Origin: Octopus sinensis
Lineage: Eukaryota
Direction: 5' to 3'
Assembly (NCBI RefSeq): GCF_006345805.1
Contig: NC_043000.1
Span: forward strand, 145,204,001-145,268,000
DNA length: 64,000 nt
Below the pieces are notes generated by a model. It worked only from the letters and a program-made list of their open reading frames with translations, was not told the origin of the DNA and made no database searches. Positions 1-10,989 of the stretch are shown here, one piece after another. The position numbers and the translations under genes were made by a program. The stretch's first letter is position 1. The number at the start of each line of letters is the position of its first letter.

Positions 1-226
1 CCTTGGACAAAGGCTTTCTCAGGGGTGGGGCTTGGAATTCACATCCTTTAAACAATATACACAACTATCCTTTATCTTTATATATATATATATACATTTA
101 ACAGTTAAGGATAACTTCCTAATAAGGATTCTTAACAAGAAATTAACAGGTAGTTAGCGTGAAAAACCTCATAAGAGAAAAATTCGAAAATAATTTTTTT
201 TCTTTTGAACATATTAATTTATATTA

Positions 227-425
227 TATAGAGGGCATTATTACACATATAATGCCTCACATAAGAGGGACATAAGTCATTACTACCAACATTTCACTAA
301 TCATACCCAATGCAGTTTTTCAAAGCAAGACATTTAAAAAACTGCATTGGGTATGATTAGTGAAATTTTGGTAGTAATGACTTATGTCCCTCTTAGTGTG
401 AGGCATTTATGTGTAATAATGCCCT

Positions 426-430
<5 letters not shown>
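227..430. repeat. ~95-bp-arm inverted repeat (fold-back palindrome), probably a PLE-type inverted end
   Basis: Left arm 227-320 (tatagagggcattattacac...gcagttttt) is a near-perfect reverse complement of 336-430 (aaaaaactgc...gccctctata); ~15-nt spacer; followed by (TA)n. Confidence 0.9.
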
Positions 431-464
<34 letters not shown>

Positions 465-757
465 TATATATATATACAAAACATATATATATACATACAT
501 ACATGCATACATACATACACACATATGTATGTACATACATATTTTTAATTATTGATAGTTCAAAAAAGGCAAAGAATTTCTCATTCAATAGATTTATTTG
601 CTGTATTTAATCATACCTCCTTATATTATTTACAGTTTCGAAGCTGCAGGTGTGTCTGATTATCCAGACGTGTGCTGTCGCTGAAAGGAACGTTTGAGCA
701 TGTTATTTTGTTGAGAATAATTGTCATTTCCCATTACTCATATATAATATATATGTG

Positions 758-843
<86 letters not shown>

Positions 844-849
844 TATATA

Positions 850-897
<48 letters not shown>

Positions 898-924
898 GTA
901 TATATATATATGTATATATATATA

Positions 925-1060
925 TAATTTAATCCAAAAGGGAAACATAAACAACAACACAGGAACAATTACAGTATTATATTATAGGCGCTCAGGAGAT
1001 GGAAGCAGGGAGGTATACGTTTCGAGCGGAGTTCGTCGGATGATAAAGATGACTGGTGTT
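925..1060 (-). mobile_element. Short PLE-derived repeat (family P1) with decayed minimal hammerhead
   Basis: Minus strand reads CCGACGA-actccgctc-GAAACGTA-tacctccc...cctgagcgcctataataatac...ttggattaa; aligns by eye with the copy at 28200-28385; ends at (TA)n. Confidence 0.6.
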
Positions 1061-1454
1061 ACGAGTTGCACATGTTGAGAGTGGGTTTTATGCAAAAGAG
1101 TGGAGACAAGGTTGGTAACCCAACATAAGGTGTGTATGTGTGGTGTGTGCGTGTGCGTGTGTAGTGTGTGTGTGAGGCGAGATGATAGTGTGTGTTAGTG
1201 TGTGCGTTGTGTAGGGTGTGAGGTAGGGCGAGACTAGTGGTAGCTAGCAGACAGTATCAGTAGTAGAAAAAGAAGAGGAGGAGAAGGAGGGAGATGTAGT
1301 AGCGTGCCACTGAGTAGTATGTGTCCAGTGTCGGGTGGTATATGGCGAGTAGATGAATGTGTGTAAGATGATGTATATATATAGGCAAGTATATGTGTGC
1401 GCTGTGTACGAAAATAAGGAAAAAGGACTCCAGCTATGAAGAATAGATATATAT

Positions 1455-1485
<31 letters not shown>

Positions 1486-1887
1486 CATATGTATATATGT
1501 GGGTTCTGTGTGTGTGTAGTGCATGTATGGTTGCGTGTGTGCGTGGTTGTGTGGGTGTGGCATGTGTATGCGGTATAGTGTGTGAATGTAATGGCTACTT
1601 CGCGTCTAACTAATGAAATGACGAAGCACCTGCAGGATATATACGCTGCTAATTCTATCACAAAATTAGTTGGCCACCGATATATATCGTAGTCAGCAAA
1701 TTTTCGGCCTGCATTTCTGAAATGCAAGAGGTTAATTTATTTGAATGTGACAAACTGTTGAATAAAAACAGCATTCTGTAAATTCACTATATCGAAATTA
1801 AATTTTGTTACTTTCATGTGGGTGTATGGAATATTTAGTTGGCCAATTTGTTTATATATCATAGTTCTGTTTATCTGTTTATATCTT

Positions 1888-2276
1888 TCTAGCAGTATCG
1901 CCCGGCGTTGCTCAGGTTTGTAAGGGAAATAACTATAAAGCATTTTTAGAGAGTTATAGCCAAAAAATAGCAAAAAAATGGAAAAAAATGATGGTAAATT
2001 TTTTTTTTAGTTAAAAAAGGTGGAGTTGCGTCCCCTAGACAGTTTGCGGTTTGTGTTTCTGATTCTCGACCCCATGTCGAATATATCGATATTTTTCAGA
2101 ACTTGGGAAACTTTTCAAAATTTTGGCTCCGTTAGTTTTGAATTATGACATTGGGCTATGTGTGTGTCAAGTTTCATCAGAATCGGTAGAAAGCCGTGGT
2201 CAGGGTGAGGGTACAAGCAAACAGACACACAGAAACACGCACAGACAAACTGCCGTTTATATAGATAGAGATAGAT
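1888..2276 (+). mobile_element. Non-autonomous Helitron-like element (Lep1-like architecture)
   Basis: Starts tctagcagtatcgcccggcgttgct; 3' part has gtcaagtttcatcagaatcgg, a (CAGA/CA)-rich tract and a tttatatagatagagatagat end, as in Lep1-type Helitrons. Confidence 0.6.
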
Positions 2277-2345
2277 ATACACAGGCACATACTCGTTCAA
2301 GTGACCCTCAGCTATTTGCGTGTATCAACATAGGTTATAAATACC

Positions 2346-2577
2346 TATTTCTTTACTACCCACAAGGAGCTAAAGACAGAGGGGACAAACAAGGACAGAC
2401 AAACGGATTAAGTCGATTACATCGACCCCAGTGCGTAACTGGTACTTAATTTATCGACCCCGAAAGGATGAAAGGCAAAGTCGACCTCGGCGGAATTTTG
2501 AACTCGGAACGTAACGACGGACGAAATACTGCTACGAATTTCGCCCGGCGTGCTAACCTTTCTACCAGCTCGCCGCC
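2346..2577 (-). mobile_element. tRNA-derived SINE, family B
   Basis: Minus strand: ggcggcgagctggtagaaaggttagc head, B-box-like gagttcaaa, then gcctttcatcctttcggggtcgataaattaagtaccag; related copies at 12148, 39978, 52826. Confidence 0.9.
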
Positions 2578-2715
2578 TGATTATAAATATAGGTTATAAA
2601 TATAGGTGTACGCATGCACTCGCATGTATATAATTGTGTGTGTGTGTTTGTATGTGTGCGTGCGTATGTGGGGGGTTGCATGTGTATGTGTGAATATATG
2701 TATTTATTTACAGAT

Positions 2716-3046
2716 AGGTATAACCAGCTGGCAATCCGTCGGTTACGTCGATGTGGCATACAGCTGGTCCGATCAACGGTTCACCTGCTCACAAAATTAA
2801 CGTGCATGTGGGTGAACAATCCACTGACATATGCACCCTTGACGTAATCCTAAGGGAGATGCTGCGTGACGCAATGTCACAAGCCTGGCTCTTTGAAACA
2901 CCAGTACGACTCATTTTTGCCTGCTGAGTGTACTGGAACACCGTAGACTGAAGTGTCTTCCTCAAGGATACAACACGTCGCCGGGAAATGAACTCACGGC
3001 CTTGCGATCGTGAGCCAAATTTATAAACCACTAATTCACATGCCTT
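2716..3046 (-). mobile_element. tRNA-derived SINE, family D (central tgtatccttgaggaagacac domain)
   Basis: Minus strand: ggcatgtgaattagtgg (A box) ...gtgagttcatttccc (B box), followed by a central domain ...cactcagcaggcaaaaatgagt. Confidence 0.75.
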
Positions 3047-3386
3047 CTCAGGTAGGTATATATAAATGCAAATATACAAATGCATAAGTGTACATATGTA
3101 TATCTGCACACATATGTGTGTTGTTTCTGTGCGTGAGTGTGTATTTATTCTTATGACTTCACAGCTAGTTAACCAGAGCAATTTGTGTAAAAAATTGACG
3201 TGTGATTCGGCTACTGATCATTGCTTCATTTCTTTTGGGAAAACGATATGTGATGAGTAATGTTGTAACAGCTTATTCTAATTTAGGGAAATGAATTTCT
3301 TTAGCGTCTATGAAACATGACTCTGTTGGTAGAAATATTGAAATATTCAACACTAGCATTTAACATTAGATATGTTTTCGTGTTTC

Positions 3387-3450
<64 letters not shown>

Positions 3451-3508
3451 TATGTATATATGTATATATATATATGTATACACAAACACACACACACATA
3501 TATATATA

Positions 3509-3540
<32 letters not shown>

Positions 3541-3542
<2 letters not shown>

Positions 3543-3910
3543 GCTTCAAGGTTCATCCAAGACTTCGACCACGGGCTATACGTCCCCTGCCAAATTCAAG
3601 ATCACAACATACATGTACACTGCAACATAATTTCTTTTCCTCAACAGGCCCTGCCCTATTTAACATTGTCCCGAGGGAGATCAAAGAGGAAAAGGATCCC
3701 ATCAACTTTAAACAGAGTCTGGATAGATTCCTTCAGAGAATACCAGATAAGCCACCCATAATTGGATACAACTCACCCAACAAGAACTCACTACTTGAAC
3801 AAAACTTGACTTAGATAGGATTCGAATAATCCTATCAGGTGGTGCTATTAAGTTAGACATGGCCTGGACCAATCTCTGGTCGAAACATATCTAAGTTTTA
3901 TCTAAGTTTT
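3541..3910 (+). mobile_element. 3' end of a CR1/L2-group LINE (ORF2 C-terminus plus 3' UTR)
   Basis: HNFFSSTGPALFNIVPREIK...FKQSLDRFLQRIPDKP matches post-RT C-termini; 3' stem-loop gacca-atctc-tggtc; terminal tandem atctaagttt x2; 5'-truncated at a (TA)n tract. Confidence 0.8.
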
Positions 3911-4086
3911 ATATATATATATATATACATACTATTAAAATTTATTACAATATGTACGTAAATTCTTGTCAACTCGACATCATCGAGCTAATCTAAATTG
4001 TTGAAATTCTAACTGAACATCTGAAAAAATATTGATGTTAAAAAACACGAACAAAATGAAAGGCCAAAGCAAGTTTAACTTCAAGA

Positions 4087-4355
4087 AATGAATGTTTAAA
4101 GAAGAATTATATATATCAGTGTGAAGTAAAAACTAAGCATCGTAAGCTTTGGTATTTTGGTTCTTCCGCTACTAGTTCTTTCATTATGGAAGAAAGTGTA
4201 ATTCTACAAATCTTAGTAAATGCATTTCGAATTTACAGTTTGATAATATTAAATATGATTTAAATTGGTCCATTATTAGTTATGAACCAACTCATAATAT
4301 CGGTAATCCTACTTGTGTTCCTTACCACGAAGAATTAAAATTAAGTTATTTCTAA
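4087..4355 (+). pseudogene. Penelope-like GIY-YIG endonuclease relic (frameshifted)
   Basis: Frame 1: NECLKKNYIYQCEVKTKHRKLWYFGSS (YIY...YFG motif). Frameshift near 4190. Frame 2: RKCNSTNLSKCISNLQFDNIKYDLNWSIISYEPTHNIGNPTCVPYHEELKL*, matching the PLE EN pattern ST.LSK.IW.LK..NI.Y.I.W.I. Followed by a very AT-rich tract to ~5170. Confidence 0.75.
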
Positions 4356-5457
4356 ATTAATTTTATTGAATGTTAATAGGCACTTAACTCTAAGATGTTG
4401 CCATTAATTTAGAAAGACTTTCAAATATTTCAATTATTGATTATAATATTGTTTGTTAATTATCATATAATAAGGTTAATCTCTATTAGAGTGCTAAATA
4501 TAAGGAGTAAATAAATAATTATGTTAAAAAGTATCGAAGATTCGATTAAGCATAACCTAGAATTCTTATCTATAATTTTAATACTTTAATTATCCATCAA
4601 GATCATCAAGAATTATATATATTATTTATATAATTATATGTATTAAATAATTATATATTATTAATTATAGTAATTTTTCAATTATTACATAATAAATTTA
4701 ATTCCTCGAAAATGGTATAATATAATAAGTAAATTAGTATTTCATAATATTATCCGTTATTTTAATACTATTGTTATCAAGCGTAGTCATCAGTAGTTGA
4801 ATACAATATTATTAATTAAAATAATTTTTCAATTAATATATAATAAATTCCTATTAATAGTTTATTATAATGAATAAATAGGTATTTTGTAGACTTTTCT
4901 GTATTTTTTATTTTTTAATTATCGGTGGGGTCCTTGATGAATGTATGTTGTTGAATGTAACCATTCTTCGGTTATTAAATAATAAGTTTAATTTCTACAG
5001 AAGGGATTATTATATTAAATAAATAAACAGGTAATTCATCATTGCGGCGTAAAGTAGGTTTCTATTACGCATTAGGTATAATTATTATGTCTAGTTTTTA
5101 TTATTCATTTAACTTTTAAGTAATACATAGAATTGAGCATTACATAGAATTCTACAGTCTTTTTTCTTTACATATCCAGTTTTAGTAGATAACAATACTA
5201 ATTTTTTACGTTATATTTTGTGATTTTTTTCTGTGTATATTTCAAACTGTCAAAAAATATGAAATTAGTATGGCATTTTTTATAAAGTAAATTAGTTATT
5301 CAATGACGTCACTCTTGGCTGAATGAATGAATGTCTGAAGTTAAATTTTGGTAGCGTCTTTTGACAGCAAATATTTTTTTCAGATATTGAGTTAGAATTT
5401 CACAAATTTGGATTTGCATGACATCGATAATATTGTGTTGACATAAATTTTTCACTC

Positions 5458-5870
5458 ATAGTAGGAGTGGCTGTGTGGTAAGTAGCTTGTTTACCAACCA
5501 CATGGTTCCGGGTTCAGTCCCACTACGTGACACCTTGGGCAAGTGTCTTCTACTATAGCCTCGGGCCGACCAAAGCCTTGTGAGTAGATTTGGTAGACGG
5601 AAACTGAAAGAAGCCCGTCGTATATATGTATGTATATATATGTGTGTGTGTGTGTTTGTGTGTCTGTGTTTGTCCCCCTAGCATTGCTTGACAACCGATG
5701 CTGGTGTGTTTATGTCCCCGTTACTTAGCGGTTCGGCAAAAGAGACCGATAGAATAAGTACTGGGCTTACAAAGAATAAGTCCCGGGGTCGATTTGCTCG
5801 ACTAAAGGCGGTGCTCCAGCATGGCCGCAGTCAAATGACTGAAACAAGTAAAAGAGTAAAAGAGTAAAGA
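5458..5870 (+). mobile_element. tRNA-derived CORE-like SINE, family A, full length (probably OR1/OR2-related octopus SINE)
   Basis: Head gtggctgtgtggtaag / ggttccgggttcagtccc; CORE-like gacaccttgggcaagtg; internal (TA)(TG) tract; tail ggcggtgctccagcatggccgcagtcaaatgactgaaac(aagtaaaag)n. Confidence 0.9.
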
Positions 5871-5884
5871 TATATATATATATA

Positions 5885-6082
5885 TATATATTTCGTTTTT
5901 GTATTTGAATTGCAAGAAACTTCATGTGTTGAAGTGTATTTTATAGTGTATGGACATATTATTTCTGTTTAGTGTCTTAATACTTAACACACTCACTGGT
6001 TTGATTTCCACTCATTTGCGTTTTATATTTTTTCTAGAAGTTTCGTTGCGTCTTGCAACCTGTAGAATAGTCGCTGACCCTA

Positions 6083-6181
<99 letters not shown>

Positions 6182-6867
6182 GTGAGAGCGAGAGAGAAAG
6201 AGAGATATAAAAAGAGCGAGAGAGTGTTAGATAACATATGTAATATGTTCTAACATGAATATATATATGTAGAACATTGGTAGTTTTTGCGAGATTTCTG
6301 CTTACAAAAGAGCCTTAAATAGAAACTGAATAAAATTACACCCTAATCTAGAGCAAATTGTTCTACTGTAATATTACATGCCATTTTACCTTTTTTTGTC
6401 GAAAGTACTTGAATGGTCACTAACAATTACATCACCGGTCAATTTTCCGTACGTTCTACAGACCAGATAGTTGCGTATGCACGAGAACACTGGTGAATAC
6501 ATTTGCACAACCACTCAAATACACACACACACGCAAGCACACACGCACACTATCTTACAGACACACATAAACGAGAGCACACACGTTGTGCGCACACGCA
6601 CACACAAACACACACACACGTAGATATATTCTTTTATTCCTTTACTTGTTTCAGTTCTTTGACTGAAGCCATGGCGGAGCACCAACTTTTGTCGAATGAA
6701 TCGACCCCAGGACTTACTCCGTGTAAGCCTAGTACGTATTCTATCGTCAACTTTTGCCGAACCGCTGATTTTTTGGGACGTAAACACACCAACGTGCCAT
6801 GCACTTGGACTAAACCGGGAAGTATGTGGTTAGGAATCAAGTCTCTTACCACACAGCTACGCCTGCG

Positions 6868-6905
<38 letters not shown>

Positions 6906-7115
6906 TATATATATATCGTTTTGGCATTAGGTTTGCAAGATTCCTTACGTTCGTGTGTTGAAGCATATTCTGTAGTATCTGGGAACAGTCAGTTTCTTTT
7001 TGTCCCTAGTAATTTAACACACTCATCTCACCGGTAAAATTTTCCTTATTCCTTATCTTTATTTTCTTCAAATTTCCGTTGCGTCATGCAACATTTTCAA
7101 TACTCAAGAGTGTAC
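5885..7115 (+). repeat. Two diverged copies of an unclassified repeat (5885-6070 and 6918-7115)
   Basis: Shared blocks ttgcaaga..., tgtgttgaag..atatt, ttaacacactca, ttgcgtc(t/a)tgcaac. Confidence 0.5.
6638..6872 (-). mobile_element. SINE family A with internal deletion
   Basis: Tail and head are both present, but the region from the microsatellite to the CORE part is missing (junction cacaccaac|gtgccatgc). Confidence 0.8.
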
Positions 7116-7127
7116 ACACGCACACAC

Positions 7128-7182
<55 letters not shown>

Positions 7183-7399
7183 ATATATATATATATATGT
7201 ATGTATACACTCATATTCATGTCGCTTTTCTTTCGGATGTTCTCATCCCTTATTTTGGTTTGGTAAAAATTTAGCGTCTTGGTTCATGCACATCTTGGTG
7301 ACGTCATTTATTTTGCGATTGTTTAGATTAATTGCTTTTGACATGTAAAATGTCACTGCTTTGGTTGGTCATCTATATACATACGTCATTATTTTCGTC

Positions 7400-7850
7400 A
7401 AACGCTTTCGTAACTCCTTTTCGCCAGACCGTTGTCGAATGGTCTTCTTTGTTGATTCTCTTCAGAAACTACTGGTTTTGGTCAGCTGAATGTTTATTTT
7501 TTACCAAGGCTTCTAGCGCTGACCAGTAAAATGTGGAATTGATTAAACATAGGGTGACGTCAGCAATTGGTGTTTGTGAAGATGAGGACTGTAATTGTAG
7601 AATTATGCCTTTTATGCAAATCCGTTGCTTCTTGGCTGGCATCGCTTTGTACAAACATCATTCTATTTTTTTCGAGAAAAAACGATAAATTATAAAAGCA
7701 GAGCAGCAAATGTCCATCAAAAATGAGGCAAAGTGGTCTGGTCAAATTGGTATTTTCAAGACACACTCTGGGCGTACTCGGTATCGTTTCCTCATATCTT
7801 ATGCTCGAGGAGCGCTTCATGCCACCACGAGAGCGAAACATTGCATATGC
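7400..7850 (-). pseudogene. pogo/Tigger-type DDE transposase relic
   Basis: RPLCLIFDGH resembles RPVLLILDGH; frameshifted IILQLQSSSSQTPIADVTL resembles IILKLPPHTSH.LQP.DV..F. Confidence 0.5.
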
Positions 7851-8044
7851 AGCCTATTGAAGGCATGGCTGTTGTGTATGATAATCTGTTCTCTATAGCA
7901 GTTGCTGCATTCAGACCTTATAAATACAAAAGTGAGCAGAAAATTATTAGTATGTAACTATATGATGTATCTTTTAAAATACAACTGTTGACCTAAAAGC
8001 AAAAGAAAATTTATATGAAACATTTTAAATAGCTTTTTTTTTCT

Positions 8045-8240
8045 AGTTCCAGCTCAGAGCTGCGGCCATGCTGATGCACCGTCATTTTGTGCTACACTGT
8101 TATTGCGACGAACCTCGTCTAATATGTGGCACTTGGTGAAGAATGGAGTTTGATACAGCTACTCTCATTTGCACCTCTTGCCGTGAGGTTCATCTGGGAC
8201 TATTGACAGGAAGATGTCCAGCTTTGTAAAACATTTCGAA
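8045..8240 (-). mobile_element. 3' fragment of a retroposon sharing the family-A SINE tail
   Basis: Minus strand ends cggtgcatcagcatggccgcagctctgagctggaactagaaaaaaa. Confidence 0.55.
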
Positions 8241-9639
8241 GTTATTTCTTCTTATTATTATTATTTGTTGTTATTTTTTTGTTTTTGCGTTTTCAACCTT
8301 TGATATGCAGATGAAAATTAAGACTATAAAGTCATTTGAATAAAAGTAAGAAACATATTTCCTAAATAACATATTTACCAATGATAAATTATCAATGTCC
8401 ATTTCCATACATTTATCATACTTGAATATATATGATTAATCTTCTCTGATATATTTCAAATAACTAGGTATAGTATTATACAGGTGTATTTATCATTTTC
8501 GTTATTAATTATTTATATTTATCAATTTTTAATATTTGTTACGGAAATAAACATAGGAAAAAATTTTTGACGTAGCAGTAAAATGCAATACTGAAATTTA
8601 CGAATGTCACACTTAATGACCATATGTTGACATTGTTGAGTCCTAAAACTAAGAATAAACTTATTCTATCAGAACATTGACACTTTTGTTAAATTTGTAT
8701 AAAGAATAAAGATAACTTCTGTGTTTTAGTGCTCTTCACCGAGTGCCCGAGGCGGCCGGTACGTTCACCGTGAAAAAATTAGAGTGCTCAGAGCGAGCGC
8801 CGCCTGCTTGCATACGAAACCTAAAACCACTTTTTTGGCACCAAAAAATGCCTCTAAATGCGAGTTCTTCAGGTCCCTGAATCATTAGATATTCATGCAT
8901 GCAAACTGTTCAAAATGGAAGTTATGTAACGTCTTGAAAACTACCTTCCAGAAAATCCATATCATAGGCCCATCTATGTAAAAGCAAACCGAAAGTGAAA
9001 ATAAACAAAAACTGTAAATCATTTAAGATGAGTGGATTGTTACTCCTCTTTGCACATGTTACTTTAGTTTCCGCACAAAATATATATCATCAGGAACTTT
9101 TTAGTGGTCACCCTAAAATTACTTCTTAATATTTCTATAATGCTGGATTTCATGCCAGTTTTTAACATTAGATTACCTATATTTGGTTGTTTTTAGAAGT
9201 TTTAAATCTAAACGTTTTGTATACTAACAGAAGTATAACTGAATTTAGTCTTGCTATATTTATATTCATCCGTAATCCCTTTCTAACACTTTACTTTTGG
9301 AGTGGTTTTCAGAAATAGATTCTTCTTATAGGAATCATTAAATTAACAATGTACACATTTCCCTTTGAAAATAAGAGTGATGTGAGCATTAGTGGGAGTA
9401 TACATATCTTCTATGCAACCACTTTGCGAACTATAATGTATAATGAGAAAACTACGTGTTCATAGAGAGGAAATTTACTCGATGCTCAAATATTTTCTCC
9501 TTTTCTTGTTCAGATATTTAATCCTAAATCTAACGTGATGCTAAACATGGAACTGTTCTTGTGTGTATGGATCAAGAATCACACTCGATGCAATATAACA
9601 ATGTTCATGATTGGAATTTTCGAACCAACACCATGCTTG

Positions 9640-9830
9640 ATCATTAATCCACGAGTTTCTTTATTCTCTCTCTGTTTATTTTCTTTTATTCCTTTCTGTT
9701 GAAGAGCGTAGGCTCGAAATATAAAAAGCGTTCCCACTTCCCCGAGCGTCAAACTAATACACTTGCTTGTAGCTCATACACTTGTCTTCCTCTTTTATTT
9801 TTCTGAAAATATCAACTATATGTTTATATG
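9640..9830 (+). mobile_element. Short PLE-derived repeat (family P1) with decayed hammerhead at 9692-9728
   Basis: cttt-CTGTTGA-a-gagc-gtag-gctc-GAAAT-ATA-aaaag; flanks similar to the 28200 copy. Confidence 0.6.
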
Positions 9831-10553
9831 GTTATGTTCAAAAACACCATAGTGAAAATTCTAATTGAAAACCACAATCTTGTGTTCAAGGCCGTTTCGA
9901 AAATTTTTAAAAGCACCTGATTTTGCGCAGGATAAAATTAATTGATGAAGCGCTAGTTCTTACACGGACGCTGTTATAAATCATCCTAAGCATCTGAAAG
10001 ATAGGATTGATAAAGGGTGCTGTACACAAAAGTATGTGTATAATTTTGACGAAATTGAGCATTTCTGTAAACTCATACCCACTGAATTTCTTTTCTAAAA
10101 GAAAAATCAACATCAAGTAAATCAACCAAAACCAGTCTGATGTCTCTTCTGGGAGGAAATGCCAGTGTGATATAAAATTAAACTCCTTCGCGTGTATCCT
10201 ACTGAAAATTCAGGGACCTTTAATGGTTACACAAAGATGAATGTACCTCTGATTAGGCACTCAATAAGTAGGTATAAATGACTAAGAGTCATTTAGAAAA
10301 GTGGCTAATATTCATTATTTTCCTACTACACAAAAGTACACTCTCGCAGATAAGATTTCCAACAAACGTTTGCTTAGTTTAGATAAGGCACGAAGCAAGA
10401 TGGTGAACATAACCAGAGATATGAGGACGAATATCAACATAATGATGTGAATACCATTGACATGCTTTACGATAATTGAAACTTTCGATTTTGAATGATA
10501 TTTAGATAAAATATAGGACTGTATCACTGATTTCAATTTTACAATGTTTACTA

Positions 10554-10746
10554 TTTTACTTGTTTCAGCCATGTAACTCTGGCCATGCTGGAGCACCGCC
10601 TTAATCGAGAAAATCGGCCCCAGGACTTATTCTTTGGAGGCCTAGTACTTATTCTATCGTTCTCTTTTGCCGAACCGCTAAGTTACGGGGACGTAAACAC
10701 ACCACATCGGTTGTCAAGAGATGTTGAGGGACAAACACAGGCACAC

Positions 10747-10820
<74 letters not shown>

Positions 10821-10989
10821 TACGACGGGCTTCTTTTTAGTTTCCGTCTACCAAATCCGCTCACAAGGATTTGGTCGGCCAGAGGCTATAGTAGAAAACA
10901 CCTGCCCAAGGTGCCACGCAGTGGGACTGAACCCGGAGCTATGTGGTTGGTAAGCGAGCTACTTACCACACCCCCACTCCTCCGCCTAT
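10554..10989 (-). mobile_element. SINE family A, full length
   Basis: Reverse complement aligns end to end with 5458-5870. Confidence 0.9.

Noticed and set aside
2171-2180. gtttcatcag, both hammerhead half-motifs on the minus strand
   Set aside because: The motifs overlap with no room for stem II; it is the usual Helitron-like aagtttcatcagaatcgg segment
3950-5170. Very AT-rich block that first looked like a mitochondrial insertion (NUMT)
   Set aside because: No mitochondrial gene or tRNA could be read; the 5' part translates as a Penelope GIY-YIG endonuclease
10132-10180. CTGATGT-ctc/gag-GAAAT hammerhead-like string
   Set aside because: Two core mismatches and no clear stems I or III; too degenerate to support
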